A DNA stretch of 32,000 bases from Saccharolobus solfataricus (GTDB taxonomy: Archaea > Thermoproteota > Thermoprotei_A > Sulfolobales > Sulfolobaceae), in contig NZ_LT549890.1 of the NCBI RefSeq assembly GCF_900079115.1, positions 690,001 through 722,000 of the forward strand, given 5' to 3'. The position numbers and the translations under genes are program-made. The notes under the pieces were generated by a model. It was given only the letters and a program-made list of their open reading frames with translations. It was not told the DNA's origin and made no database searches. This document shows positions 17,412 through 25,125 of this stretch, piece by piece (the first letter of the stretch is position 1; each line of letters starts with the position of its first letter).

Positions 17412-18500
17412 GGTAGACCCAAAATCACCTCCTTGAAAATAAATCTATAGTGTAAATAAGCGTTTCTATTAACTTAAATGGAAAATTCTCTGTGAATAAA
17501 TCAATTGAGAACAAGAGAATGAGCAATAGTCTAAACTCTTCCCTCCCCATCATCTCCTTGAATATACAAGGAGTAGAGCACCAACACGAACACCAACACG
17601 CGAAAAACAAACTTAGTAGTGAAGGGGAGAAAGGCCTTAATACCCCAAAATATAGGACCCCTAACCTTATTATACAACCTCAACACTTCCCCCTTAGGCA
17701 AGTCTAGGTTAGTAGCCCTAGCAAAGTAAACACGAATTCTCCTCTTCCTCCCTAGTGTAGACAAGAAGCCTAAACTTAGCCTCATCCCTCCTATGCCTCT
17801 TACTATATGTAATCCCCATCTCCTCATAGACCTTCACATCCCCAACTGGAACAGCAATCACATGAAATGAATTTGAGCACATCAATAGAAGCCAGCGTCG
17901 AGAGTTATTAGCCTTATCTTGAATCCCATAGTAACCACTTGCTCCACGAGAAACTATCTCGTCCTTGCTCATTCCATTGAAAGGCTAGGAGGAGTACTTT
18001 ATCCTTGTTGCGTAGTTCCAAGAGTTTCCCTTCTCAGAACTCCCAAGCCCTTCCACTGGTTTACCATACCACGTCTATTGATAGGTCTACCTCCTTTACC
18101 CCCTTTAATACCTCTATTGATATTTTTCTGCTCTAGGAGTTTCTTAGTTATCTTTATTCCTTGCTTCTTTACGTAGTTTCTTACTGTCTGTGGTTATGTT
18201 ATATGCTCTTGACTCTCTATTGAGTTTTTCCATACGCGGAGATGAGGGTTTTATCTACTTCTTCTCTTTCCCTTGAAGTTAAGCAGGAAAATAATTTATA
18301 CCCTATTTTTTGAAGGTTATTTTGGTGAGGGAGAGGTCGTGTTATCATCTTAGATATTCACGTGGTAATACACCTTCTCCCTCACCTTAAACCTTTCTCC
18401 AATTTATTAAATCTTTTATATTGTTATAAATCCTATTATCTTTATGAATGATATATTATCCTATCAGAATTATTTTTTGCAAAAAGATTTTGGGTCTACC
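17412..18500 (-). mobile_element. IS5-family element (ISC1058-like, 1089 bp) nested inside the IS110-type element
   Basis: 15-bp terminal inverted repeats GGTAGACCCAAAATC (17412-17426 / 18486-18500). Both ends are shared with the MITE at 4034-4288. It is inserted at the apex of a host palindrome (17392-17411 / 18501-18520). Confidence 0.75.
17531..18233 (-). pseudogene. IS5-family transposase, multiply frameshifted
   Basis: MEKLNRES... / KKQGIKITKKLLEQKNINRGIKGGKGGRPINRRGMV... / ...SRGASGYYGIQDKANNSRRW... / ...LYNKVRGPIFWGIKAFLPF..., spread over three frames of the minus strand. Confidence 0.55.
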
Positions 18501-18524
18501 GTTCCAGGGTGGGGGAGCTCTACA

Positions 18525-18606
18525 CTCAAGGAAGTCAACGGCCTACACCCCAGTCAGATCTGTATTACTCAGATCTGACTAATATGTTTTATATAAGGAA
18601 GTCAGA
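18525..18606. repeat. Right terminal inverted repeat of the IS110-type element
   Basis: Direct comparison with 16223-16304. Confidence 0.9.
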
Positions 18607-18832
18607 ATACCTCAGTTATCGCTTCTTTTAGTAAATTGTCTATATCTACGTCTTCTAAATCTTTCCTGAATATGCCATAATACTTGTCAACATCTACTAC
18701 TATAGGCTCTAATATTATTTTAGAATCTTCCACCCTCAATTTTAATTTCTTACTTTTAATTAATTCCCTCACTTCTTTAGGTATAGTAATTCTGCCTTTG
18801 TCATCAATTGTTAGTATAAACTCCTTACCCAT
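18602..18832 (-). CDS. AbrB/SpoVT-family DNA-binding protein (VapB-type antitoxin-like)
   Basis: MGKEFILTIDDKGRITIPKEVRELI... is a looped-hinge-helix motif. The stop codon (18602-18604) lies inside the IS terminal repeat. Confidence 0.8.
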   Translation of the reverse strand: MGKEFILTIDDKGRITIPKEVRELIKSKKLKLRVEDSKIILEPIVVDVDKYYGIFRKDLEDVDIDNLLKEAITEVF

Positions 18833-18901
18833 AATTATGCATCGAGTAACCCATAAATATAAATGTTTCTTTAAGCAGTATAGAAAGTGTGTTATCCAAG
18901 G

Positions 18902-19420
18902 CTATTTCATCAGTTCCTTCTCAGCAAGATTGTAATGTTCTTCAATTTCCTCATCCCAATATTCCTTAAAGAATTCTTTTATAACCTTCATAATTTCCTT
19001 AGACAAGTAAATGATGTCATTAATAGCTTCTTCCCTTTCGTAATAGTCGCTCGCCCCTTTATAAAGCCCATTATAAGCATACCTATGTAATTCTAACGCA
19101 ACCGAAGTTAGGGAATTTACCTTATATCCAAGTTCTTCAAGCCTCTGTGAAATTCCTTTTAATCCAGTGGTAGGGGCAAGGAATCCAGACTTATAATACC
19201 ACTCCTTCTCTTTTTCGTTTCTAGGCATTTTCTCAAGGTTTATGACTGTTAATGCACTTATTATTGCCTTCCAAGACTGAAATACTTTATTAGCGGAGTT
19301 CCTGCTAAACCCTTCCTTTAGTAATTTTAATCCTAAAGCTAGTTCATCTAGGCTTTCTATTATCCTTATCTTTACGTAAGCATCTCTGTGTTTCTCTATG
19401 GCGGGTATTTTTGACTCCAT
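18902..19420 (-). CDS. PaREP1-family protein (archaeal helical repeat family)
   Basis: 172 aa, helix-rich. LKEGFSRNSANKVFQSWKAIISAL... and ...ALELHRYAYNGLYKG resemble the PaREP1 pattern as I remember it. Not verified by search. Confidence 0.55.
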   Translation of the reverse strand: MESKIPAIEKHRDAYVKIRIIESLDELALGLKLLKEGFSRNSANKVFQSWKAIISALTVINLEKMPRNEKEKEWYYKSGFLAPTTGLKGISQRLEELGYKVNSLTSVALELHRYAYNGLYKGASDYYEREEAINDIIYLSKEIMKVIKEFFKEYWDEEIEEHYNLAEKELMK

Positions 19421-19576
19421 TAATCTATCATTAACTACAGAGCTAAAAAGTTTGAGAAGCCATTAAAATTAGCGTTTTTGCGAAAGAAATTGAGTAATAA
19501 TTAATTGAATAAAATAATAATTGCCTCTATCTTAATATATTCCATAGTCTGTCTATAACAGCTAACAAATCTGTAG

Positions 19577-19981
19577 CTATCTTACCACAGGCGGGATTGA
19601 CTTAGACGCAAACCCTTCGTTCTCAATGACTAAAGGTTTTTCGTTCTCAACTTCTTTCGGAATTATCTTTGCAATTTTATAATAAGTTTCAACCACGTTA
19701 TTTAACACTACTGGGTTCTTTACAACATTCATAAAATATTGGCGCAAAAGTGACGGTAAACCATAATTTTCGAGTTTTGTCACTATCTCTGCTATGTTGC
19801 TTAATTTCGCGAAACTGAGTTCACCGGATGGTTTCGTTGGTGGTGTGGCTAGGAATGTTGGGTTTTCAATACCCGCTTGTTTCGCCAACATTAAGACTTG
19901 ATTCGGATTGGATAAGTATAGCTCATTAATTTGGTTAACCAGCTCGCCAACTAGACTTTCACTGTTTTTTTGACCTGTCAT
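19577..19981 (-). CDS. Hypothetical protein (134 aa), virus/plasmid-like island
   Basis: Long ORF in a co-oriented cluster with codon usage richer in GCG/CGC than its neighbours. No recognisable motif. Confidence 0.5.
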   Translation of the reverse strand: MTGQKNSESLVGELVNQINELYLSNPNQVLMLAKQAGIENPTFLATPPTKPSGELSFAKLSNIAEIVTKLENYGLPSLLRQYFMNVVKNPVVLNNVVETYYKIAKIIPKEVENEKPLVIENEGFASKSIPPVVR

Positions 19982-20024
19982 GTTAGAAACAAAACCGCGA
20001 GACTAAAAAAAGAAAATTCGTAAG

Positions 20025-20267
20025 CTAACTTCCTTTCTTTTGGATTGCAAATGCAATTAAAAGAAACAAAACCGCAAAAATACCGAACGCGAATAGATAC
20101 AGCACAAAATCCAGGTTAGACAACAAAGAAGGTGAGAGAGGATGGTGGGCATAAGTGGCGAAAACACCGTTAAGAATGCCGAGTAATAAAAATGCTACTA
20201 CAATGAGAAAGAGAATTGTGAATATGAATAGAATGACGAAGAACGCAGAATAGCTAGATTCAGACAT
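20025..20267 (-). CDS. Small membrane protein (80 aa, two predicted TM helices)
   Basis: Two long hydrophobic stretches (FFVILFIFTILFLIVVAFLLLGIL; FVLYLFAFGIFAVLFLLIAFAI). Confidence 0.5.
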   Translation of the reverse strand: MSESSYSAFFVILFIFTILFLIVVAFLLLGILNGVFATYAHHPLSPSLLSNLDFVLYLFAFGIFAVLFLLIAFAIQKKGS

Positions 20268-20269
20268 TT

Positions 20270-20300
20270 AAAAAAAAATGAGAGAACAAGCAAATAAAAA
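20270..20300 (-). terminator. Oligo-T tracts (T9 and T5 on the minus strand) after the 83-aa ORF
   Basis: Minus strand reads ...TTTTGTTTTTATTTGCTTGTTCTCTCATTTTTTTTT. Archaeal termination commonly uses oligo-T. Confidence 0.35.
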
Positions 20301-20315
20301 CAAAACAGCTGTGTT

Positions 20316-20567
20316 TTAAGAACCATGCACTTTTTCGCACGCTTCCATGAAATCTTTGCCTTCGTCGAGAATATAGTGAATCAGCAACTCATTCTTTTTG
20401 ATTAGCTCCTTCAGTTCACTTGATGGGACTGAATATCCTGTTGGTGTTTCGAGTCCTTCATTTCTGAGATAAAAATGTGTCATAGCTAACGTAAAATCGT
20501 ATGGATCATTTTTGAGAATCTTTGCCTCTTCAAATGCCTGTCTTAACTTGGTGCAATCTACTTTCAT
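20316..20567 (-). CDS. Hypothetical protein (83 aa)
   Basis: The ORF start overlaps the upstream stop (ATGA). Confidence 0.5.
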   Translation of the reverse strand: MKVDCTKLRQAFEEAKILKNDPYDFTLAMTHFYLRNEGLETPTGYSVPSSELKELIKKNELLIHYILDEGKDFMEACEKVHGS

Positions 20568-20863
20568 TTCCCCCCCCCCTCTTTAATCTTTTCTCTCAGC
20601 TTAAAATAATCTTCAGCAACCTCCAGCGTATGGCTGCGCATGATATGGTTAGAGAGTATTCCAAAATTCCTATAGTGGTTGTGGCAATAAGGGCAAAATC
20701 CATTCGCAATTAACCAATAATGTTTGCGGAAATACGCGAGTACTACCTTATGTGAAACTTTCGTATCGCGGGAATAAGAGAGAATACGTTTAATCTTCAG
20801 AACTCTCCTCTGCAGTGGCTGATGAGAAGAAAGTATTAACAAACCGCTTTCTGCGCTCTGCAT
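20564..20863 (-). CDS. C2H2 zinc-finger protein (99 aa)
   Basis: CPYCHNHYRNFGILSNHIMRSH is C-x2-C-x12-H-x4-H. Small C2H2 proteins are common in Sulfolobales viruses and plasmids. Confidence 0.6.
   Translation of the reverse strand: MQSAESGLLILSSHQPLQRRVLKIKRILSYSRDTKVSHKVVLAYFRKHYWLIANGFCPYCHNHYRNFGILSNHIMRSHTLEVAEDYFKLREKIKEGGGK
20570..20579. repeat. Homopolymer C10 (G10 on the coding strand) at the junction of two ORFs
   Basis: Counted directly. It encodes the GGG of ...KEGGGK* at the 3' end of the zinc-finger ORF. Confidence 0.95.
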
Positions 20864-20915
20864 TATTTAAAAAAATCTAATAATGCTTTACAGTTGGACA
20901 CACTTATTATAATTT

Positions 20916-21581
20916 ATGGAAAAAGCTTATGACTTTGAGGTAGAAGCTCCTCCAGAGGTGGTTAGAGATTATCTCATGAATCCTGAAAACTTAATGAAAT
21001 ATATTCCTCATTTTAAGGATTTAAAACGAGTTGACGATGGCTGGGAGTTATATGTAAGCTGGTTATTTACAATAAAATTAAAAGTTAAGAGAGTTTTCAC
21101 TAATACAGATATCATCTATTTAGTGGAAAAAAGTGAAGGTTTAATAAAGATAAAATCCAGTTTAAGGTTTACAATTTTTCCTTCGAAAGGAGGAATTACT
21201 ATAGTAAGGTTAGTATTCTTTTATGATGGACCATTTGAAAGTATAGTCAAGGGGCAAGCTGATGCGTTCTATAGAAAAGGAAAGGAAGTGTTTAAAACTG
21301 AAATGACAAAGGAAAAAAGGATTCAAGAGGAACAGAATGGCGTAAAGGGAGAAGTATCAATTTACGAAATGAAAACGATATTTTCGGGTAAAATAAATAA
21401 GGATGAGTTAGAAAAGTATCTGGAAATAGCGATGGTTAAGAGCGTTAATTCAACAGTTGTTGTAATTTTATCTGATGAGAGAAATATTATAGAGATAAAA
21501 TTTAAGGGAGGAGAGCTAGTGGCGCAGAAAGGGGATTTAGACAGTCTTTCGTCTCCAATAACAATATTAATAAAGCAATAA
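20916..21581 (+). CDS. SRPBCC/START-like (polyketide cyclase/CoxG-type) domain protein with a C-terminal extension
   Basis: N-terminal ~130 aa, FEVEAPPEVVRDYLMNPENLMKYIPHFKDL...W...F, resembles the SRPBCC ligand-binding fold pattern. 221 aa. Confidence 0.5.
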   Translation: MEKAYDFEVEAPPEVVRDYLMNPENLMKYIPHFKDLKRVDDGWELYVSWLFTIKLKVKRVFTNTDIIYLVEKSEGLIKIKSSLRFTIFPSKGGITIVRLVFFYDGPFESIVKGQADAFYRKGKEVFKTEMTKEKRIQEEQNGVKGEVSIYEMKTIFSGKINKDELEKYLEIAMVKSVNSTVVVILSDERNIIEIKFKGGELVAQKGDLDSLSSPITILIKQ

Positions 21582-22021
21582 AGGTTTTATTATGAAAATT
21601 TTTCTAGAAAATTATAACTTTTATCATTTAGAATCTTGAATGTTTTTATCTTAATTTCACTCCTTTATAGTTTAAGGGTATCTAATAATTTATAAATGAA
21701 GAGAAGAAATTTACCTATTCCTCGGAGGGTGACAGTGTATTATCCCTTAAGCCGTTGCTGAATTAGAAAAGCCACGGGTAAACGCTTACTATGGGTTTAC
21801 GTACCTTTTACTTTTATTTTTTCCTAAGTACTTAAAAGGAACCTTTAGTGCGGCATGGTTCTACTTAGGGTTGAATGGCGAGGCTTTCCGCCCCCTTAAC
21901 CCCCGTTTTCTGTAATGAAGCCTTGCGAAAGTGAATTGCCTGTTCAATGCTTTCTCGAAATTCAGGCGAGGTTGCTTGAAGTGGTTGAATTCATTGCGAC
22001 GCATATGAACGCAAGATTTTA

Positions 22022-22047
22022 GTGAAAAACACAGCTGCGTTTTTCAC
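22022..22047. promoter_or_regulatory. 26-bp near-perfect palindrome GTGAAAAACACAGCTGCGTTTTTCAC
   Basis: 9-bp perfect arms around a CAGCTG core. A related motif, AAAACAGCTGTGTTTT, lies at 20302-20317. Confidence 0.4.
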
Positions 22048-22200
22048 TGGCAAAAGAAGTTGTAATACCGGGATTTAGTGAGAATTGTTTATTTTTGTTT
22101 TTTAGTAGACGGTAATATTGGACGGTTCTTTAATTCACGTTAAGTACGTAATAATTTATGATAGAAAGATTTATAGACATTTTTCATAAAGTGGATTAGT

Positions 22201-22598
22201 ATGAAGAAAGGTAGGAAAGGATTAAGTAATGCAGTAACTGCTCTAATATACTGGTAATAGCTTCAGTAATAATAGCATTAGTAGTTGTTGGATTTGCTTT
22301 CGGGCTATTTGGTGCTTTTGGTGCGCAACCGAGAATATCGGTAGTAAACGCATACGTACAAGATAATCAGCTATATGTTATACTGCAAAATACTGGTAAT
22401 GCACCAGGTACGATAACTGCAATTATAATAAACGGTGGAGCACCTACTTCTGCAAGTATTCCAGTTCCTGTTGGGACAACAATTATATCTACATCTCTAC
22501 CATCAAGCTTATCTCTCTCCCCTGGCCAGTCAATAAGCTTTACTTTAATTACTAGTAATGGTGTAGATATACCGGGAACAGCAATAGTAGAAAGCTAG
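22201..22598 (+). pseudogene. Type IV pilin-like (class III signal peptide) protein, frameshifted after the signal peptide start
   Basis: MKKGRKGLSNAVTALI then a frame break at 22249-22250. It continues LVIASVIIALVVVGFAFGLFGAFGAQPRISVVNAY...TAIVES* (stop 22596-22598). The basic N-terminus + G/A cleavage context + hydrophobic helix is the archaeal prepilin pattern. Confidence 0.65.
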
Positions 22599-22609
22599 AG
22601 CGATAGGAT

Positions 22610-22744
22610 ATGATTAACAAAAAGGTATTTCTTATTTTTCTTTTTGTTCTTTTAATTTACCCATTTATAGTTTCCTCCTCATTATCTATAGGTTCCTTTG
22701 TCATAAAAATTATCAAGCTAATTGAAAATAGGACGAGAGGTTGA
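22610..22744 (+). CDS. Possible small hydrophobic peptide (44 aa)
   Basis: MINKKVFLIFLFVLLIYPFIVSSS... is signal-peptide-like. It lies 12 nt after the pilin-like gene. Too short to be sure. Confidence 0.3.
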   Translation: MINKKVFLIFLFVLLIYPFIVSSSLSIGSFVIKIIKLIENRTRG

Positions 22745-22805
22745 ATACAAATTCATGAAACCTCAATGAAAGTCCGACCCCTACCTAAGATACGGTCCTA
22801 CTTTT

Positions 22806-23597
22806 TTATAAACTAAACTTACCGAACAGAAAAGGAATACCTCTGGCTAAGTAAAGTATATAAAGGGTAAGTCGTCCTTTAATACCACCAACGCATATTT
22901 CCCTCCTCTTCCTGCTCACAGACGTCATAAAGGAGTAAGGAGTGTCTTTAAGCACTTTCAAGCTCTTCCCGTAACGGTAATACTTCCTCACGATCTCCTT
23001 CAGGGTAAAATCGCCGTAGTGGTAAACTAACTCGTCTTTTATTACAAAAATGTCGTTAGAGAATCCGGATGCCTCGTAATAAATTAGCTCGTGATCCGGG
23101 AAAACCACTTGGCTGAACTTTTCTCTCAAATTTTCCCTTAGCTTCTCTAACGAAGCAGTCAGTAACTCCCTCTTGAATAGCCTAGGCAAGGCAAAGCCCC
23201 TAACCGCTTCCGGTGAGTTACATTCCATTATGTTCTCCTTGTCCAACTGGGCAGCCCTACTCCAGAACGAGTCACCTAACTCCCTCTCGCCTATTATAAC
23301 CATGTCGTGAAGGTTCTTAGAGAGTATCTCAAGAGCATCTTTCCTTAAGGGTCTCGTCTCGTCAAGCAAAAAAGCGTAATCACCCCGGCTCTCCTTGTTA
23401 GCTAAATAACGAGCTTCCAAAAGTTTAACGTCTTTTCTCACTTCTTTGAAACCGTACTCGTGAACTATATCACTGATTACTCCTCCTCCAGAGTTAACCA
23501 CTACTACTTCATAATCTTGAAAAGTTTGCTCCCTTATTGATTCCAAGACCTCTCTTAAGTACTTACCGTGAAGTGCTGGGATTTGAATTGAAAACAC
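22806..23597 (-). CDS. Glycosyltransferase family 2
   Basis: GTG start. FSIQIPALHGKYLREVLESIREQTFQDYEVVVVNSG...LLDETR is the GT-A N-terminal pattern with a D-x-D-like LDE. Confidence 0.8.
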   Translation of the reverse strand: MFSIQIPALHGKYLREVLESIREQTFQDYEVVVVNSGGGVISDIVHEYGFKEVRKDVKLLEARYLANKESRGDYAFLLDETRPLRKDALEILSKNLHDMVIIGERELGDSFWSRAAQLDKENIMECNSPEAVRGFALPRLFKRELLTASLEKLRENLREKFSQVVFPDHELIYYEASGFSNDIFVIKDELVYHYGDFTLKEIVRKYYRYGKSLKVLKDTPYSFMTSVSRKRREICVGGIKGRLTLYILYLARGIPFLFGKFSL

Positions 23598-23973
23598 ATA
23601 AGAAAGAAGATGAAGTAATTAAAGAGTTTTTACCTATTCATTTCTCTCAAGCTACGAAACGTTTTATCTGCTCTCCCATTTACGTCTACAAAGAGAATTT
23701 TAGCTACTGAGCAGAATTTTAACAGTAATGAGACTCAACACCGGCTGAAGACCTACCTCACATTGACCCCTACATAATAGGTTGGCAACACTTTCAGTGG
23801 GCATGCTTATTGTATTTGGCTTCGAGGTCTACTGCGGTAAAGTCTACAGCTGGACAAACGTAATTTGTGAGAAGAATAACGTAAAGCTTTGCTAGTTGCG
23901 TAGTCGAGGAGGAGTTTCGCTGAACTTACTAGTTAATTTTGTAGCGGATAAGTATCTCAGTGTCTTTATTAAT

Positions 23974-24310
23974 TATACGACTTTCGAGAACTGGCATTCA
24001 GTAATGCTCAGTATTCATAAAGAGAGGATAAAGTGTAAACTAAGAAATGGGCAACTACTGTATTTGAAACCTAACGAGATAGTCTTGCTCGCTGGGCTAA
24101 AGATCGTTGAACTTAATGAAGATAGTGTGAGATTTCAATTTAATGGAAGGGTTGGAAATTAAGTTATCCAGGTGATTCCTTCTCAGATTATTGGAGAATA
24201 GACGTTAGGGGAAAGAGAGTGTTAGATATAGGAGCAGGGATTGGGGATTCCCCAATTTACTTTTCCATTGCAGGAGCGAAAGAGGTGGTAGAAGTAGAGA
24301 GTAAGAAAGT
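23974..24310 (+). pseudogene. Partial, deletion-bearing duplicate of the FkbM methyltransferase gene at 30230-30964
   Basis: Near-identical by eye to 30278-30642, except for deletions of 6, 16 and 6 nt and a few substitutions. The 16-nt deletion shifts the frame (FQFNGRVGN*). Confidence 0.85.
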
Positions 24311-25100
24311 ATATAAATCTCAGCAGTTCCAAAATAGTAATTACTCTTATAAAGATAATTTTTAACGTAAATAACGTGTGCATATAGTAAGAATAAAAAC
24401 CAAGGATTGGCAAAAACTGAAATACCATAAGCTGTAGGTGAATAATTACCAGCTTTAACATTTATGGAATTGTTAATAACTGAAATTACTTCCCTACTAT
24501 TAAGAATTGATAAGGCCTCATTGAATAAGCTACTGTAACATGAAGACGGTACGAGGACTATTTTAACAATTCCGAGGTTATTACTAATAACGTGAATTTG
24601 GTGGTTAACTAGATTTAATTTTCCTGCTAAAACCCAGCTAACATTGTATTAGGAATAATTATATAAAATGTAAATTAAATACTACTGTATTAAATTAAAA
24701 TGTACTTAAAACTGCTGCGCTTTCCTAAAATGATAGAATGAACATAAATTTAAAAAATTAGAATCGTTTAAAGATATTGTTACTGCGTGTAGATATTTTA
24801 TTATTCCTAGTAAATTTAAAGAATATATAGATAAAATACTCGGTAAACCTTTAGAATCATCAAATATAATTACTAAGACTGGCTAAACCATCAGATACGT
24901 CACTCTACATACATAGCACTCTTCACAGAGGCGTTTCTTTTTATATTTGGATTTATTCTCAACAAAAATTAGACAGAAAAGGATTAATGACCTAGATACA
25001 TGGATAAAAGACTGAAATTTTACAAGAAAAATTTATAAATGCATGACACTATTTATAATTATATACGTATACTTTTCTCTAATAATTTTGTAACCAAAAG

Positions 25101-25108
25101 ATTTATAT
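25101..25108 (+). promoter_or_regulatory. TATA box for the UDP-sugar operon
   Basis: ATTTATAT centred about 27 nt before ATG 25132, so the real start is probably MKILISGG.... Confidence 0.45.
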
Positions 25109-25125
25109 CTCGTCAAAGATAGAGA

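Larger units (their letters stand above)
16223..18606 (+). mobile_element. IS110-family element (about 1.29 kb without the nested insert) with 82-bp terminal inverted repeats
   Basis: 16223-16304 and 18525-18606 are inverted repeats with 2 mismatches (TCTGACTTCCTTATATAAAACATATTAGTCAGATCTGAGTAATACAGATCT...GGGGTGTAGGCCGTTGACT...). The interior encodes an IS110-type transposase. Confidence 0.8.

Noticed and set aside
17425-18176. Several 61-98-aa ORFs on both strands (17425-17610, 17492-17707, 17919-18176 and others)
   Set aside because: They are fragments or shadows of the frameshifted IS5-type transposase. Only the composite pseudogene is reported.
18684-19090. Plus-strand ORFs 18684-18935 and 18887-19090
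   Set aside because: Antisense to the AbrB-type and PaREP1-like genes.
20522-20713. Plus-strand ORF (63 aa)
   Set aside because: Antisense across the junction of the zinc-finger and 83-aa ORFs.
20894-20904. Third copy of TTGGACACACT (also at the ends of 5676-6244), possibly a solo IS end
   Set aside because: Matches of 11-12 nt are expected by chance many times in 32 kb of AT-rich DNA on two strands. Only the pair that flanks transposase-like debris was kept, and at low confidence.
23896-24162. ORF-track ORF (88 aa) taken at face value as a gene
   Set aside because: Its C-terminal two-thirds is the frameshifted duplicate of the FkbM gene. It is reported instead as a pseudogene fragment.
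24222-24461. Minus-strand ORF (79 aa)
   Set aside because: Its 3' part is antisense to the FkbM fragment and its 5' part belongs to a decayed start-less reading frame. Not a credible gene as drawn.
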